A stretch of DNA of 64,000 bases from Syncephalis fuscata S228 (lineage: Eukaryota > Fungi > Zoopagomycota): contig JAHLTZ010000024.1 in NCBI GenBank assembly GCA_025786725.1, positions 186,001 through 250,000 of the forward strand, written 5' to 3'. The notes under the pieces were generated by a model. That model did not search any database. It saw only the letters and a list, made by a program, of their open reading frames with translations, and was not told the origin of the DNA. The stretch's first letter is position 1. Each line of letters begins with the position of its first letter. Below are positions 12,496 through 23,913 of the stretch, piece after piece. Made by a program: the position numbers and the translations under genes.

Positions 12496-14091
12496 ATGAT
12501 GCGATTTTATGACTTTGCTTTGATAGCAAGTCTACTTACGATTGTAAGCAGCACTACGCTTACCTTTATTCCCACAGTACTTGGACAGCAGGCTGTTCAA
12601 CTAAAAACCCAAGGACAAACAGACACATTCATTGTTGGTTATCTTAATCAAAATGGCGCTACATCCGATAAAGTTACACTGTCAGCAACCGCTCTTGGTC
12701 CAGGTCTTCAGTTGTCGGCGGTTCCCAACTCTCAAGACGGCTCTAATAATGGTGCGCAGGCGTGCCGAATCACCACTAGCCAGGCAGTCTGGAACAATCT
12801 AGCTAAAGTCTGGATTGATACAAATACGAAGGTTATGGACGATGCATGGAAAGTTGCCTTCACTTATGGCTACGATGCTCCGCCGGTTATTTTCGAAAAT
12901 AACATGCGCTTTATTCCTTCACACTTGCTAGCTGCTGGCCAGGTTATTACTGGTGCAATCCGGCCATTGAATGTAGATAATGAGCCATTGCAAATTGGAG
13001 ACGATGGTGGAATTCGCTACTCAGGAAACCCATTATTTGCCATCGATTGTGCCGATGCAGCCAGTGCAAACGCTAAGACATGGGATGATGCAGATAACGA
13101 AAGCTTTAAAAAAGCCTCAGTCCTCAAGAGACGTCGTGTTGTTGCCATTGGTGATTTGCACGGCGATGCTGAAAATGGCATAGCAGTAATGCGCATGGCT
13201 AAAATAGTTGATGCACAAAATAGATGGATTGGCGGAAACACTGTTTTTGTTCAAACGGTAGGTGATTGACAATCATATTACTTCACACTAATCATTGTTT
13301 ATATTAGGGCGATGTAATTGATCGTGGACCAGATACCATTAAGCTGCTTAATTTGCTTGATTCGCTGGCACCACAAGCTATCAAGGCTGGCGGTCGAGTA
13401 TGTTGTTTAAAACTTTATGTTTAAACTAGCTAACTTAGTTAATTAGGTCATACAAATTCTTGGTAATCATGAACTCATGAACATTGGTGGTGAAACTAAG
13501 CATGTTAGTGAGGCTGATTTCAAGACATTTGGAACCAAAGACAAGCGCAAGCTTGCGTTCCAAGCCAATGGATCATTGGGTAAACGACTATTTAAATTAC
13601 CAGTTGTGCACCGTGTTGGCGACACTGTTTTTGCCCATGGCGGTATCTCGGTAACCTGGGCCAAGGTTGGATTACGATCAACAAACGAACAGGCTACCAA
13701 ACTAATGCCGACATACTCAGAGGAGGGTGATAAGATGAGTGGCTATGAAACATCAGCCATTGGCCCTACAAGTCCCTCCTGGTTCCGTGACTTTGCCAAA
13801 AAACCGAAAGCAAATGTCTGCGAAGACATAGCAGCATCACTCAAAGCGCTTGGCGCAAAACGCATGGTAGTTGGTCACACATTCCAGAAAAGCGGCAAAG
13901 TATTGTCAACCTGCGGTAATACATTTATTGTTATCGACGTTGGCATTTCGCAGTATGCTAGAGATGTCAAGAGCGTTGAAGGGCCATCATCTCATAAAGC
14001 TTTGGAAATTAGTCCAGATGGAGTTGCCAGTGTTATTTCGCCCACAGGCCGTACAGTTTTAAGAATTAAAAACAGCATGGGTAATGAATAA
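12496..14091 (+). CDS. Secreted Shewanella-like (Shelph/SLP) metallophosphatase with N-terminal extension, copy 2 (intact)
   Basis: Signal peptide MMRFYDFALIASLLTIVSSTTLTFIPTVLG. Motifs GDLHGD, GDVIDRG, GNHELMN, FAHGG, MVVGHT, IDVG. Same two introns as copy 1, at an offset of 3989 nt. Confidence 0.9.
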
Positions 14092-15573
14092 AACATTATT
14101 TCTAACTGATTTATTTATTTTAAAAACTTTGTACAAGATTTATACTTAATTTAATACACATAAAAATATAACATGTAAATTATATAAATAACATACATAT
14201 AACAATTATTAATTAAAAATAAACTAAAGGATAATTTAGTACAAACTAAGCAGTCAAATATTGCCATTTTTTTGTTTATAATTACAGTTTATAGTTATAA
14301 ATAATAAACTTGTATTAATCATACCTATTTTACCAAATGTGTTGTAACAGCATGGTTAGTGTTAAAAATTATTTTAATGCCATAAAATTCAAAATAACAC
14401 ATTTAGAATTGAAAATAATTGCTTTTCTTATGAATCCTAGAATAAAGTTATTTGTGTCTAACTGAAATAATACCATATTATATTAGTAAAAATATCGTTA
14501 ATTTAATTTATTAATACTAGCTTTATTTTTTAAACACTACCATGCCTATATAATTTGTAATTACTTATAATCGATGAGTGTAATTATCAGTCATACCATG
14601 CTATTAATATTTAACCACCTATTTTGGCGATATACTTTAGACTGTAGACATTCAAGTTATAGAAACCCGGCGTATAATGTAGTATTAACGTTGTTAGTTC
14701 ACATAGGCTATGAAAACAATATCATTAAGAGTAGACAAAACTGTCATTCGATTGTTGTTGATTGACAAGCTAATGTTTTTGAAATAGCATTTATGATTTA
14801 TTTAATGGTACTACAATACCAGTAATATATTGGCGATTCTATAGCGTATCAAAATAGTTTATTCTTTTTAAATATGATAAAACGAGTAAAAGCCAAATAA
14901 CGCTTCACAAAGTTTAATAGCTATCATATAATTTAATATATTTAATTACATTTAACTTAAATTATATGGCTGTTAGTTTAATGCCATTTAATGGTGTATT
15001 TAATGGTTTATATAAAGTATTCATTGATCATTGGATTATTACTGCTTAATAAACTTGAATAACATACCAACAATGTTCCAATGTTATTTAATAATATGTT
15101 GGATGTTAATGGGGATGATACCACAATGCTATTAGTCGCAATAATGATGGTGATATTGATATTGGAGTAATAGTAACATTATTGGCGGCTATATCAACTG
15201 TAGCAACATAGAATTAATAAAGGAATGACAATAATGGCATTAGTATTAGTTTACTAAGTACATTAACTGTATTAACACATTGGCAATAACACCATTTGTA
15301 TTAACCGCTATACAATTCAATAGCTGTGTGGACTAACAGTATTGCGCTAATCTAAGTAGCTACACATATGCTACTTGTCATTTAGCCTATCCACATTGTT
15401 CTGTAGCATTTACCTACAATCATTTGGGGTAAAAAGAATACTAAATAATCAAATCAAACCAGCATTTAATACGGCGATTTTAGCCAAAATATCAAAAAAA
15501 CAGCAGCTACGTCCGCAAGATGGTTGTAGAGCATCCAGTTCGTCCAGACAAGACAGAAACGGAGCAAAAAGAG

Positions 15574-15659
15574 TCCGAAAACCCGGATTTGAACCAGGGA
15601 CCTAGAGATGACGGTTTAGGCACTACAGTCTCCCGCTCTACCAACTGAGCTATTTTCGG
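15574..15659 (-). tRNA. tRNA-Tyr(GUA) with 13-nt intron (15610-15622)
   Basis: Minus strand reads CCGAAAA TAGCTCAGTTGGTAGAGC GGAGA CT GTA G [intron] A TCTCT AGGTC CCTGG TTCAAAT CCGGG TTTTCGG A. C1:G72 and A73 are eukaryotic Tyr identity elements, and a T5 terminator follows. Confidence 0.93.
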
Positions 15660-17639
15660 ATAAATTGTAGTCAAAAATCACTATTTTATAGCAAAAGTTG
15701 TGTGGCTAGTTTATAATTTGATTTTTAAATGCCAATACAGCTTATGGTAATTCAGGGGTGGTTTATAGTTAGAAAACACAATAAAAGCAGTGGCTAACTA
15801 TGATACTTTTGTTGTTTAGACATGTTGAAGTGCACACCATTAGTTTATAATAAGTAACATACATCGGTTTAACCAGTAAATCGATAGCACTATGTATAGT
15901 CACATATATATATATAATATACTAATAAACATCAAATAGCAACTGGTATGCTAATATGTATTAAAATACAGTGTTTATTTAATGACCTTGTTTAAAACTA
16001 TGGCTTACAGTAACTATGCTATTAGTTGATGGATGATGGTTAAATTATTGGTTATTAACAAATGTTATTAAAGCTAATTAATGACTATTGGTTTATAGGC
16101 AATCAAGTATTTAAAAATACATTATACGCACCAATTGTTACTGAATTTGACTAAGCGTATTAATTAATGTCACATCAATCTTTATTTAACTATAATTTAT
16201 ATTAATCTATTGGTTAGTACTGTGTCTGGTCTATCACTCATAACTTGTATGACATGTGCAATATTGTTTACATTATATTTAATTATTTATCAGGTGGGTA
16301 AATAGCTATGCAGTCAACAAAAACAAATGTTTAATTAACATTGACTGTCATTGGACTAACTCCAATAATTGAATGCTGGCTAAAGCAATGCTGGAACATT
16401 GCCAATCCAAGCTTCTCATTTAATGTAACGTAAATCTGCTAATTACCAAAAACATTGTATGTATTTGAATGATAGTCAGTAAGTTTAAATAGTAAGTTAT
16501 AGTAGTGCTAGTATTTTGTAAAGTATATGCCAACACAACCATTGCTCAGTATCTGCGCATTATATAGCTATCTACAATACACACTGTCTACCAATTCGTC
16601 TACTTATTATTCTGCATTATGTTAGCCATCGTTAGTGCTATATAGCAGCAATATGTCCAATGTTATTCTCATTGCTGCTGTAATAAAATATAGTGTTGTG
16701 GCACGACCACTTAATCAGCAATTTTGCTTGATATGTGCTATACCAGTCTGCCTTTTAGCAGCATGTTACCCACTTGTTAACAATCAAAATACATACAGCT
16801 ACAGTTTTAAATAGTTTAATTATAAGTAGTGTATACACTAGTATTATTGTAACAATGTGCTTGCTCAGACTTGGAGTTTCGGATATATGGACAGAAATAC
16901 AGTGTTAGCGGTTGTCTATGAATATGTGATAAAGATAGGATGAAACTGCGGCTAAGGCATAAAGTTGCTAGTAATTTGCTCACTATATTCAGCTCTATCG
17001 CTTTTTACAGTAAACACAGACCTGGAGTTGTTTGGTTGCACACATTCTGAAACAGGCTAATATTCCACGGAACTGGCAGTTTTAGATTGAAACATTGGCC
17101 GCTATGTTCTATGAACATACATTATTTTATTAAAACCTGTGATGGCTACAGCCAACGTAGCACATGATTACTCATATCAGCAATATCAGCTTATGGGTGG
17201 CTATACTGCTAGAGGTATAGTTTAGAATTGCTAAGTTAGTACGGTAAATGGTATTGCATGTGTAGCATTGGAATAGAGTATTGGCTGAACACTTGCATTT
17301 AAATAGTGCTGATAAACGTAACTTTATTTCATTAATGCAGCAATAATTATGCATACTAGCTATGCAAAGTCATTTATTTGAACCTGATGTCTGGTAAATA
17401 GACCATTATAAACAACTAATCAACACTTTACTCGTACAGCCAATAAGACCTACATCTATTGGCTACTCTTGCATTAGTTTTTATAAATCCTGGTATTCGT
17501 TAATCATTATCAGGGCCTTAACTGGTACTCAAACACAATACTGGGGTATTCTAAGAAACCAACAGGCCTTTAGAGTAGCACATTGCTGGTCAGAGCAATT
17601 TGCGCATTATGGTCACATTCATGTAGTACGAGAAGACAT

Positions 17640-17676
17640 ATAGTCGACGTCGACTATGTACTCAAACAGTATAAAA
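17640..17676 (+). promoter_or_regulatory. Perfect 18-bp palindrome plus TATA box upstream of the LPMO gene
   Basis: ATAGTCGACGTCGACTAT at 17640-17657 is followed by TATAAAA at 17670-17676, about 180 nt before the ATG at 17853. Confidence 0.45.
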
Positions 17677-17852
17677 CTCGTTAAATGTATCAATAAATTA
17701 GCAATAAACATTCACAATTCAACTGATCCACCTACCCAATACTTTACTGAGTTTTACTCAACGATCCAAATCGCAACAGGTTGCAATACGACTTTCCACC
17801 AACAACAGCACTCATAACTTGCTGTTTTCTTGCTAAATTACTATCAACAATC

Positions 17853-18521
17853 ATGGTTTCCTCGACTAACATTATTTTTGCCGCTGTCATCGGTCTTGGT
17901 GCTCTTGAAGGCGTGCTGGGCCACGTAAGCCTGGCAAAACCCATTCCACGTGGTAGCTGGAACAATCCCAAATATCCGGTTGACTATAACTTGGAGGCTC
18001 CACTGAACAATGCGCAATTTCCCGGCGACCTTCCTTGCCGCCACAAGCAACGAGGCCCAGTCATGGCAACATACAGAGCTGGCCAATCAATTAATGTCAA
18101 TTTTAAATTCATCAACAAGCACAAGGGCGGTCACTGCCAATTCGGCCTGTCTTACGATAACGAGAACTTTGTAGTGTTGAAGACCGTCTTTGGCAACTGC
18201 TTTGATGTAGATAGCTACACCGTTCCACTTCCTGCTGGCACCAAAGGTGGCGATGCCGTGTTTAGTTGGAGCTGGGTAAACGCTGAAGGTAATCGCGAAT
18301 ACTACAATAACTGTGCCGACATCCATATCGATGGCCCGTCAAATGGCAGTGTCACAGGCCAGAGAGTAATGGTTGCCAATATGCCAAACACGCCCTTCAT
18401 TGACCAGTGGATCTATGGCAAGGGCACTGATGGCCACGAATTCTACAAACAATGTCCAGTCATTACTATTCCATCTGGTGCCCAAGCACGCGCCGATGGT
18501 CGTGTTAATGATCGTTATTAA
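17853..18521 (+). CDS. Secreted lytic polysaccharide monooxygenase, AA11-like (chitin-active), intronless
   Basis: Signal peptide ends VLG and is followed by His1 (HVSLAKPIPRG). HKGGHCQFGLSYD supplies the second His, and FSWSWVN..GNREYYNNCADI carries the axial Tyr motif typical of AA11. Confidence 0.85.
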   Translation: MVSSTNIIFAAVIGLGALEGVLGHVSLAKPIPRGSWNNPKYPVDYNLEAPLNNAQFPGDLPCRHKQRGPVMATYRAGQSINVNFKFINKHKGGHCQFGLSYDNENFVVLKTVFGNCFDVDSYTVPLPAGTKGGDAVFSWSWVNAEGNREYYNNCADIHIDGPSNGSVTGQRVMVANMPNTPFIDQWIYGKGTDGHEFYKQCPVITIPSGAQARADGRVNDRY

Positions 18522-19060
18522 TCGCTGTTACCATATTTGGCAATAATAAATATCTATTTTTCACATTTTGAATCGTTATTTACGCTTTTATGTCATATTT
18601 CAAGTGTTATTTCCATTTATATAGAAAACAGCTATATAACTGATTGTTTACTACCATTAATATTCAATATAGCCTTTATTAAAGCTATATTATTTGTATA
18701 AACATTTGGTAATACCAACTAATAATAAAAAGCCTAACTCTTTTTATTCCAATTTTATTATAGCTTGAACTATTGTATGCATTACTAAGTATAGTTATAT
18801 TTGGAATAAAATGATACTAATATTGATCATTGTATTTTTATTGAATTAATATTACTATAGTTGACTAAACTGCTTAAACTGTCTGCTATCTTTTCTCTCT
18901 CGATTGTTTAATCATGATTGCATTACTTTAACATTAGTATTGTAGCAATATGTCTATAACAGTTACTGTAATTGCGCAATATTTTTATTATTTATTATTT
19001 TGAAATAAACAAACAGATATCAACATAAAAGTATTTAGATTTTAAATTAGCAAGCTTTAT

Positions 19061-19945
19061 TTAGTATAAATACGGGATAAGTCTGGCTCTAGTAGCAGCA
19101 AATTTGTCCCATTCCTTGCCAAACGAGTCACTTAACATTTTTTCTTCTTGTGGAATACGAATAGCGGTTACAGTAAGTACAGACATGAATACCATAAGGG
19201 CAAACATAAATAACTCAAGTATCTGGTATGTCGACGGGTCGCGAAGTAACTCTATTAAGATTGATACAGTCTGCGTAATAGATCTATTATAGTCAAAGTA
19301 TTGAATATTCAATTCAAGAATGCTAAGGACTAATGGAAGTACAAATTCGCGAACTGTAGGTATAATCAATAAATATGTGACGCTATATACGACTAGCAAA
19401 GCGCCTGTATAGCTGGGATGCCGCACAAAGTGGTAAGGCCCACTTTGTACCACTCGTTGATCTTTACTCACTCCCAGCTTGAAGGTGAAGAAACGACCTA
19501 ATTCACGCATGCTCCATGCACGTATTTCCAGGCCAACCGTGCAAATAATAACGGCAATTATATCAGCGTACCCATTCCACTGAAATAGAGAATAAGCATA
19601 GTAAATTTTAGAGGGAAATAGCGTTGTAGACCAATGGTGCAGCGTTGTCGTATCTACATTCATCAAACAAGCCAAATATGGAATGATACTAGCTTTATGC
19701 ATTAATACAAGCCCAATAAAGTTGATTAGGCCAAATAGACTAACTGTCCATCGCGCTATATAAGACATTGGCCCAGAGGTAAAAAATGAGAAGCGCTCGT
19801 TTACTTGCTTGCTTTCTTTGGCACGTTTCTCGAACTCTTTTTTTTCAGATTTGGGCGGTGTTATAGCATCACGGGTACGAAGTGTAACATATATCATTGC
19901 CAATAATTTAGTATATGACAATCCAGGATGTACACTATCTTCCAT
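19061..19945 (-). CDS. Isoprenylcysteine carboxyl methyltransferase (ICMT/STE14) family membrane protein, intronless
   Basis: Motifs RAWSMRELGRFFTF, VVQSGPYHFVRHPSYTG and RIPQEEKMLSDSFGKEW..LIPYLY, with multiple hydrophobic segments. Likely start ATG at 19945. Confidence 0.85.
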   Translation of the reverse strand: MEDSVHPGLSYTKLLAMIYVTLRTRDAITPPKSEKKEFEKRAKESKQVNERFSFFTSGPMSYIARWTVSLFGLINFIGLVLMHKASIIPYLACLMNVDTTTLHHWSTTLFPSKIYYAYSLFQWNGYADIIAVIICTVGLEIRAWSMRELGRFFTFKLGVSKDQRVVQSGPYHFVRHPSYTGALLVVYSVTYLLIIPTVREFVLPLVLSILELNIQYFDYNRSITQTVSILIELLRDPSTYQILELFMFALMVFMSVLTVTAIRIPQEEKMLSDSFGKEWDKFAATRARLIPYLY

Positions 19946-20439
19946 CTTAATGGCAATAATATTAGCAATGTTTAATTTGTTCGTACAATTGTCGATAGTA
20001 ATAGATAGCAGATAAGGCGGATTAAACAATAGCAGATAAGTGTAGTTTGCTAATAGGCTACGGCAATCCGGCTATTTTATATATTGACGGCTAGCATCGG
20101 ATTAAGGGCTATAAATCACCGATAACCGGTTTCTTCACCAATAATACTGGTAATTGAATTGCTATACATTGTGAACTAATAATAACCGCTATAGCCGCAT
20201 GATAATGTGCATAGCAAGGTCCAAACACGGACATATTGCATGGGATAAATATATAGAATAATTGATTGTTGTATAATCCAATATTAATTGATTCATGCGT
20301 AATTATCAATACAATAATGTAATTAATTAGTTATCTTTATTATTAATTTAATATATATATATTGTCATTATAATATTAATTATTCAAAATGCCATTTATT
20401 TAATCAGATTGACTATAGTGAGAAGTGGCAATTTAATAA

Positions 20440-20700
20440 ACGACATTTATACTAATTATATAAAGCGTACTAATTATAATAGTAGAATATTAGAAAATAG
20501 AAGTGACCATTAGATGCAATAATCCATGTTGTAGATAGATGCAATAACAACAAATGAGGAATGATATGAAATCGTAATCAATGGTTTCTATTAATATTCG
20601 ATCAATATTTCTACACATGGCCAACAACAATAATCGGCCTCAAATATTCCAAAGAAATCAACTGGTATGTTACATCATTTATTTAAATCAATTTATTAAT
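20440..20700. repeat. Dispersed repeat family 2 (copies at ~20440-20700, ~33460-33570 direct, ~41570-41820 inverted)
   Basis: gatgcaataatccatg..aatgatatgaaatcgtaatcaatggtttctattaatattc..ctacacatggcca is reverse-complemented at 41634-41750. ttaatattcgatcaat..aataatcgg..caaagaaatca..tgttacat recurs at 33465-33565. Confidence 0.7.
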
Positions 20701-20837
20701 AAAGTGTTTATAACAGAAGCTATTGCGTATTATTTCACACTAATATATCACAACATTATAGTCAGTTTTTATATAGTCGAAACTAAACAATTTTAATGAA
20801 AAATAGCATGCCAATCAAATGTTTATACGCGCAGTAT

Positions 20838-23557
20838 TTAAGCGACAAAAGCATCGTCGAGGAACTTGAGATAGTCTAAATGACCTGTTTCGCCGTCTTT
20901 CATAGGCATTGTCGATGCTAAGTAGTTTGTCGATTCAACTGGCAGTCCAACATGCTTCAACTCCATCTCCGTAATGTATTCCTAAACAAAAATAGTTATG
21001 AGTATTGATGTATTTGTACTTACACGCTATACTTACCTTATCACCAGCTACAGCTCGGAATGATTCACGCAATTGATCAGGGGTCGTTTGATCTTCTGTA
21101 ATGCTGACCACAAACTTGGTAAACTATAATAGATTATCATAAATACACGCATTGATAAATGGTCTATAATTGATATTTCATTGTTTACCTGTTCAAACGA
21201 GCATTCTGAACCGCCTTCGCATGTCTTTTGGAAAATGCGGGCAAACTCATTATCCTATATAACACAAATGAGTTGATTTATTTCTAATGAATAGATACTA
21301 CTCACCGAGTAACTATGGCCAAGGCCAGCCAAACAAGCTTTAAACTCAAGCTCAGTCAGTGTATTCGAGTGATCCTTGTCAAAGAAGCGGAAGGCACTTT
21401 CAAATTCTTCCAATTGAGCTGGTGTCAAGTTGGTCATGTTGCGTGATACAATCTGTTCATTTAAATAAGCAATTATGTGGTATATTTGCATTGTAAGTGT
21501 TCATTGCTAACCACGACTAAAAGGCACACCACTTACCTGGTTATCAATGAATGCTTCCTTCTTAGTGACTGCCTGTTTAACCAGACTTAAATCAAAGACC
21601 AGATCCTCAACCGAATAAATCGTTTGATCATTCTCATCAATGTTTGCATCTTGACATTGACCATCGATCTGGCGAATCTTATCTAACGACGAATCAAGAC
21701 TGGCAAGACGTCCATTTAATGCCTTGACTTCACTAAGTTGACTCTATAGACACACAGTTGTAATTACCTTCTAGTATACAAGCATCATACTAAACCTACC
21801 TGCAAATCGCCATCTACTGCAGCCAATGCAGCAGAAATGCCATTAAGACTGGTCTGGAAGTCATTGGCCAATTTGGCAAAGGATGTCTCGAGCTGCTCCT
21901 TAATTCTAATCAATGGTGCTGTTAGCTAACTTATTATTTCTTATCAATTGCATAGCTTACTCTCTAATCTTGCGATTAATAGTCTGACGATGCAGCACTT
22001 CACCTTGCAAAAGACGCTGCCACGATTGATCCAAATCCTGTTGTTAAATCAATCATTATTAGCTTTGATTTATCAAGCTATAAAGTAAGTATTACCTGCA
22101 ACGTAAGGCCAGCAGGTGGCGTGTACGGCTTAAGGTTGTAGGTCTTTAGTTTTGTTTGAATATTGCCTAGCAGCGTATCAATATCGTGCTTCTCAGCCAC
22201 CCAAGTACGCTTTGTGCTTGTTTTGTAGTTGATAAAGTCGCTTGACTGGCGTTTTGCATCCTTGTACGTATTATCGAATTTGATATTTTTCCAAACGGTC
22301 AATATGCCATCAATACCCGACATCAACTATACCAGTCACCAGCATCCATTAATGATAAGTATCCTTCTATATTTGTACTAGATGCTCTGATCACTTACCT
22401 TTTTAACACGCTCCTCGTAGTTGTTCTCCATTTCCCAAGCTGATTTCATCATATCAACAAATTTGGTGACACGTCGGTTAGCTGCATCCATTTTACCGAG
22501 AGCAGAGAATGCGTGGAAATACTGAGCCACATAAGTCATTACCGAACGCTCATCAGGCTTAGAAATATCACACAAATCGGCTACATCAAGCAGTTTTGGA
22601 ATACCCAGCTGTGATTCGGCCACTTCAAATGCCAAAGCAGTATTGACATGACGATCACTCTTATCGAGGGCATGGTAGTCGAGTAGATCTGGTCGATGAC
22701 AATGGATCAATGCACAAAGAGCAAGACCATCGGTCCAGCTATAGGTAAAGTCACGCACATTAACATCGCTATACTTGGCCGTCTTACGCTGGCACCACAA
22801 CAATAGACCTTCCTTGGCTGTCAAACCTTCTTCACTAATCTCCGAAATGGTAAATCGTAGAATAATAGTCCAGATGAGACCCAAGATCAATTTTGTATTG
22901 CCACCGGTAATATCTTCAGCACCAATATTGGTCAAGTTAATACCGCGGTATTTAATAAACTCCAATGCCTTATTAACATTCTCGACCTGTTGAATCACAA
23001 TACGTGGATTCTTGTTATAACGTGGAAATGTCGTATCGCCAATAATTTCCTATTGATCCATAACACATTAAGGGGTAAATAGACATTTTTATTAACATAA
23101 TTAGATACATATTATTATAGAACCGTCGTATAAATGACTTACCAATAATTGAATAAGTACCGTGCCTGTACTAAGCTTATCGAGATGATTGATAGGTTCT
23201 ATACCACGCGTGGCCAACTTTGTATTCACCCTACCAACAGAATAAGTTATGGCATATGCTATACTTTTCACTTACCATTTAGTGAAAGCTATTATTACAA
23301 TATAATATAATAAATAACCAATGATGTATTGCCATTGTATAGTTGTAGTTAGTATACTGATTGGTTAATCTAAACAACAACAACAACAACTATACAAAAC
23401 CACCTACTTCTTTGTTGAACATCTTCCCAGGCCCGGTCCAACAGAAGGACTGTATGAATAGCTCGTTAGTTATATAGTTGTAATGACGTGCACTATACTT
23501 ACCCATATCTTCTTGGGCCTCCTGTGAAGCAGCCGACTGTTCAAATGGAGTAGACAT
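20838..23557 (-). CDS. Alpha-actinin-like protein (CH domains, spectrin repeats, EF hands), spliced
   Basis: AWEDVQQRTFTKW, LTNIGAEDITGGNTKLILGLIWTIILRF, LLLWCQRKT, KPDERSVMTYVAQYFHAF and a C-terminal EF-hand FRFFDKDHSNTL. Confidence 0.92.
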
Positions 23558-23913
23558 GTTAAAGTAACAAATAAAAGATGAGTAGAATGCACAAATACGA
23601 GTGAGTTCAATAAAGTGATAGAGAAGAAAGAGATACGTGTGTTGTAACAGTAGTGGCAATAACAGTAACAGTAGTAACCGACTCGTTATCAGTCCTCAAA
23701 TAGTACTATGAAGTGTGGTGATAACACGTGTATCTTGTGTGTGTGTGTGTGTGTGTGTGTTCTATTCATCGGGTGATCAGTTTTAGGCCTTGTGCACGTC
23801 ATCACATCACACTGCCAAGAAATATGTCAAATGGATTAAACAAGCTAATTGATTGGCTTATGATTAGATCACAGTCAGTCATACAAAACATATTGTTTTA
23901 TTCATTCAACAGA

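Noticed and set aside
15574-15659. tRNA-Phe-like 5' sequence suggesting an anticodon-shifted tRNA
   Set aside because: The GUA anticodon, C1:G72 pair, A73 and canonical intron position are all normal for eukaryotic tRNA-Tyr.
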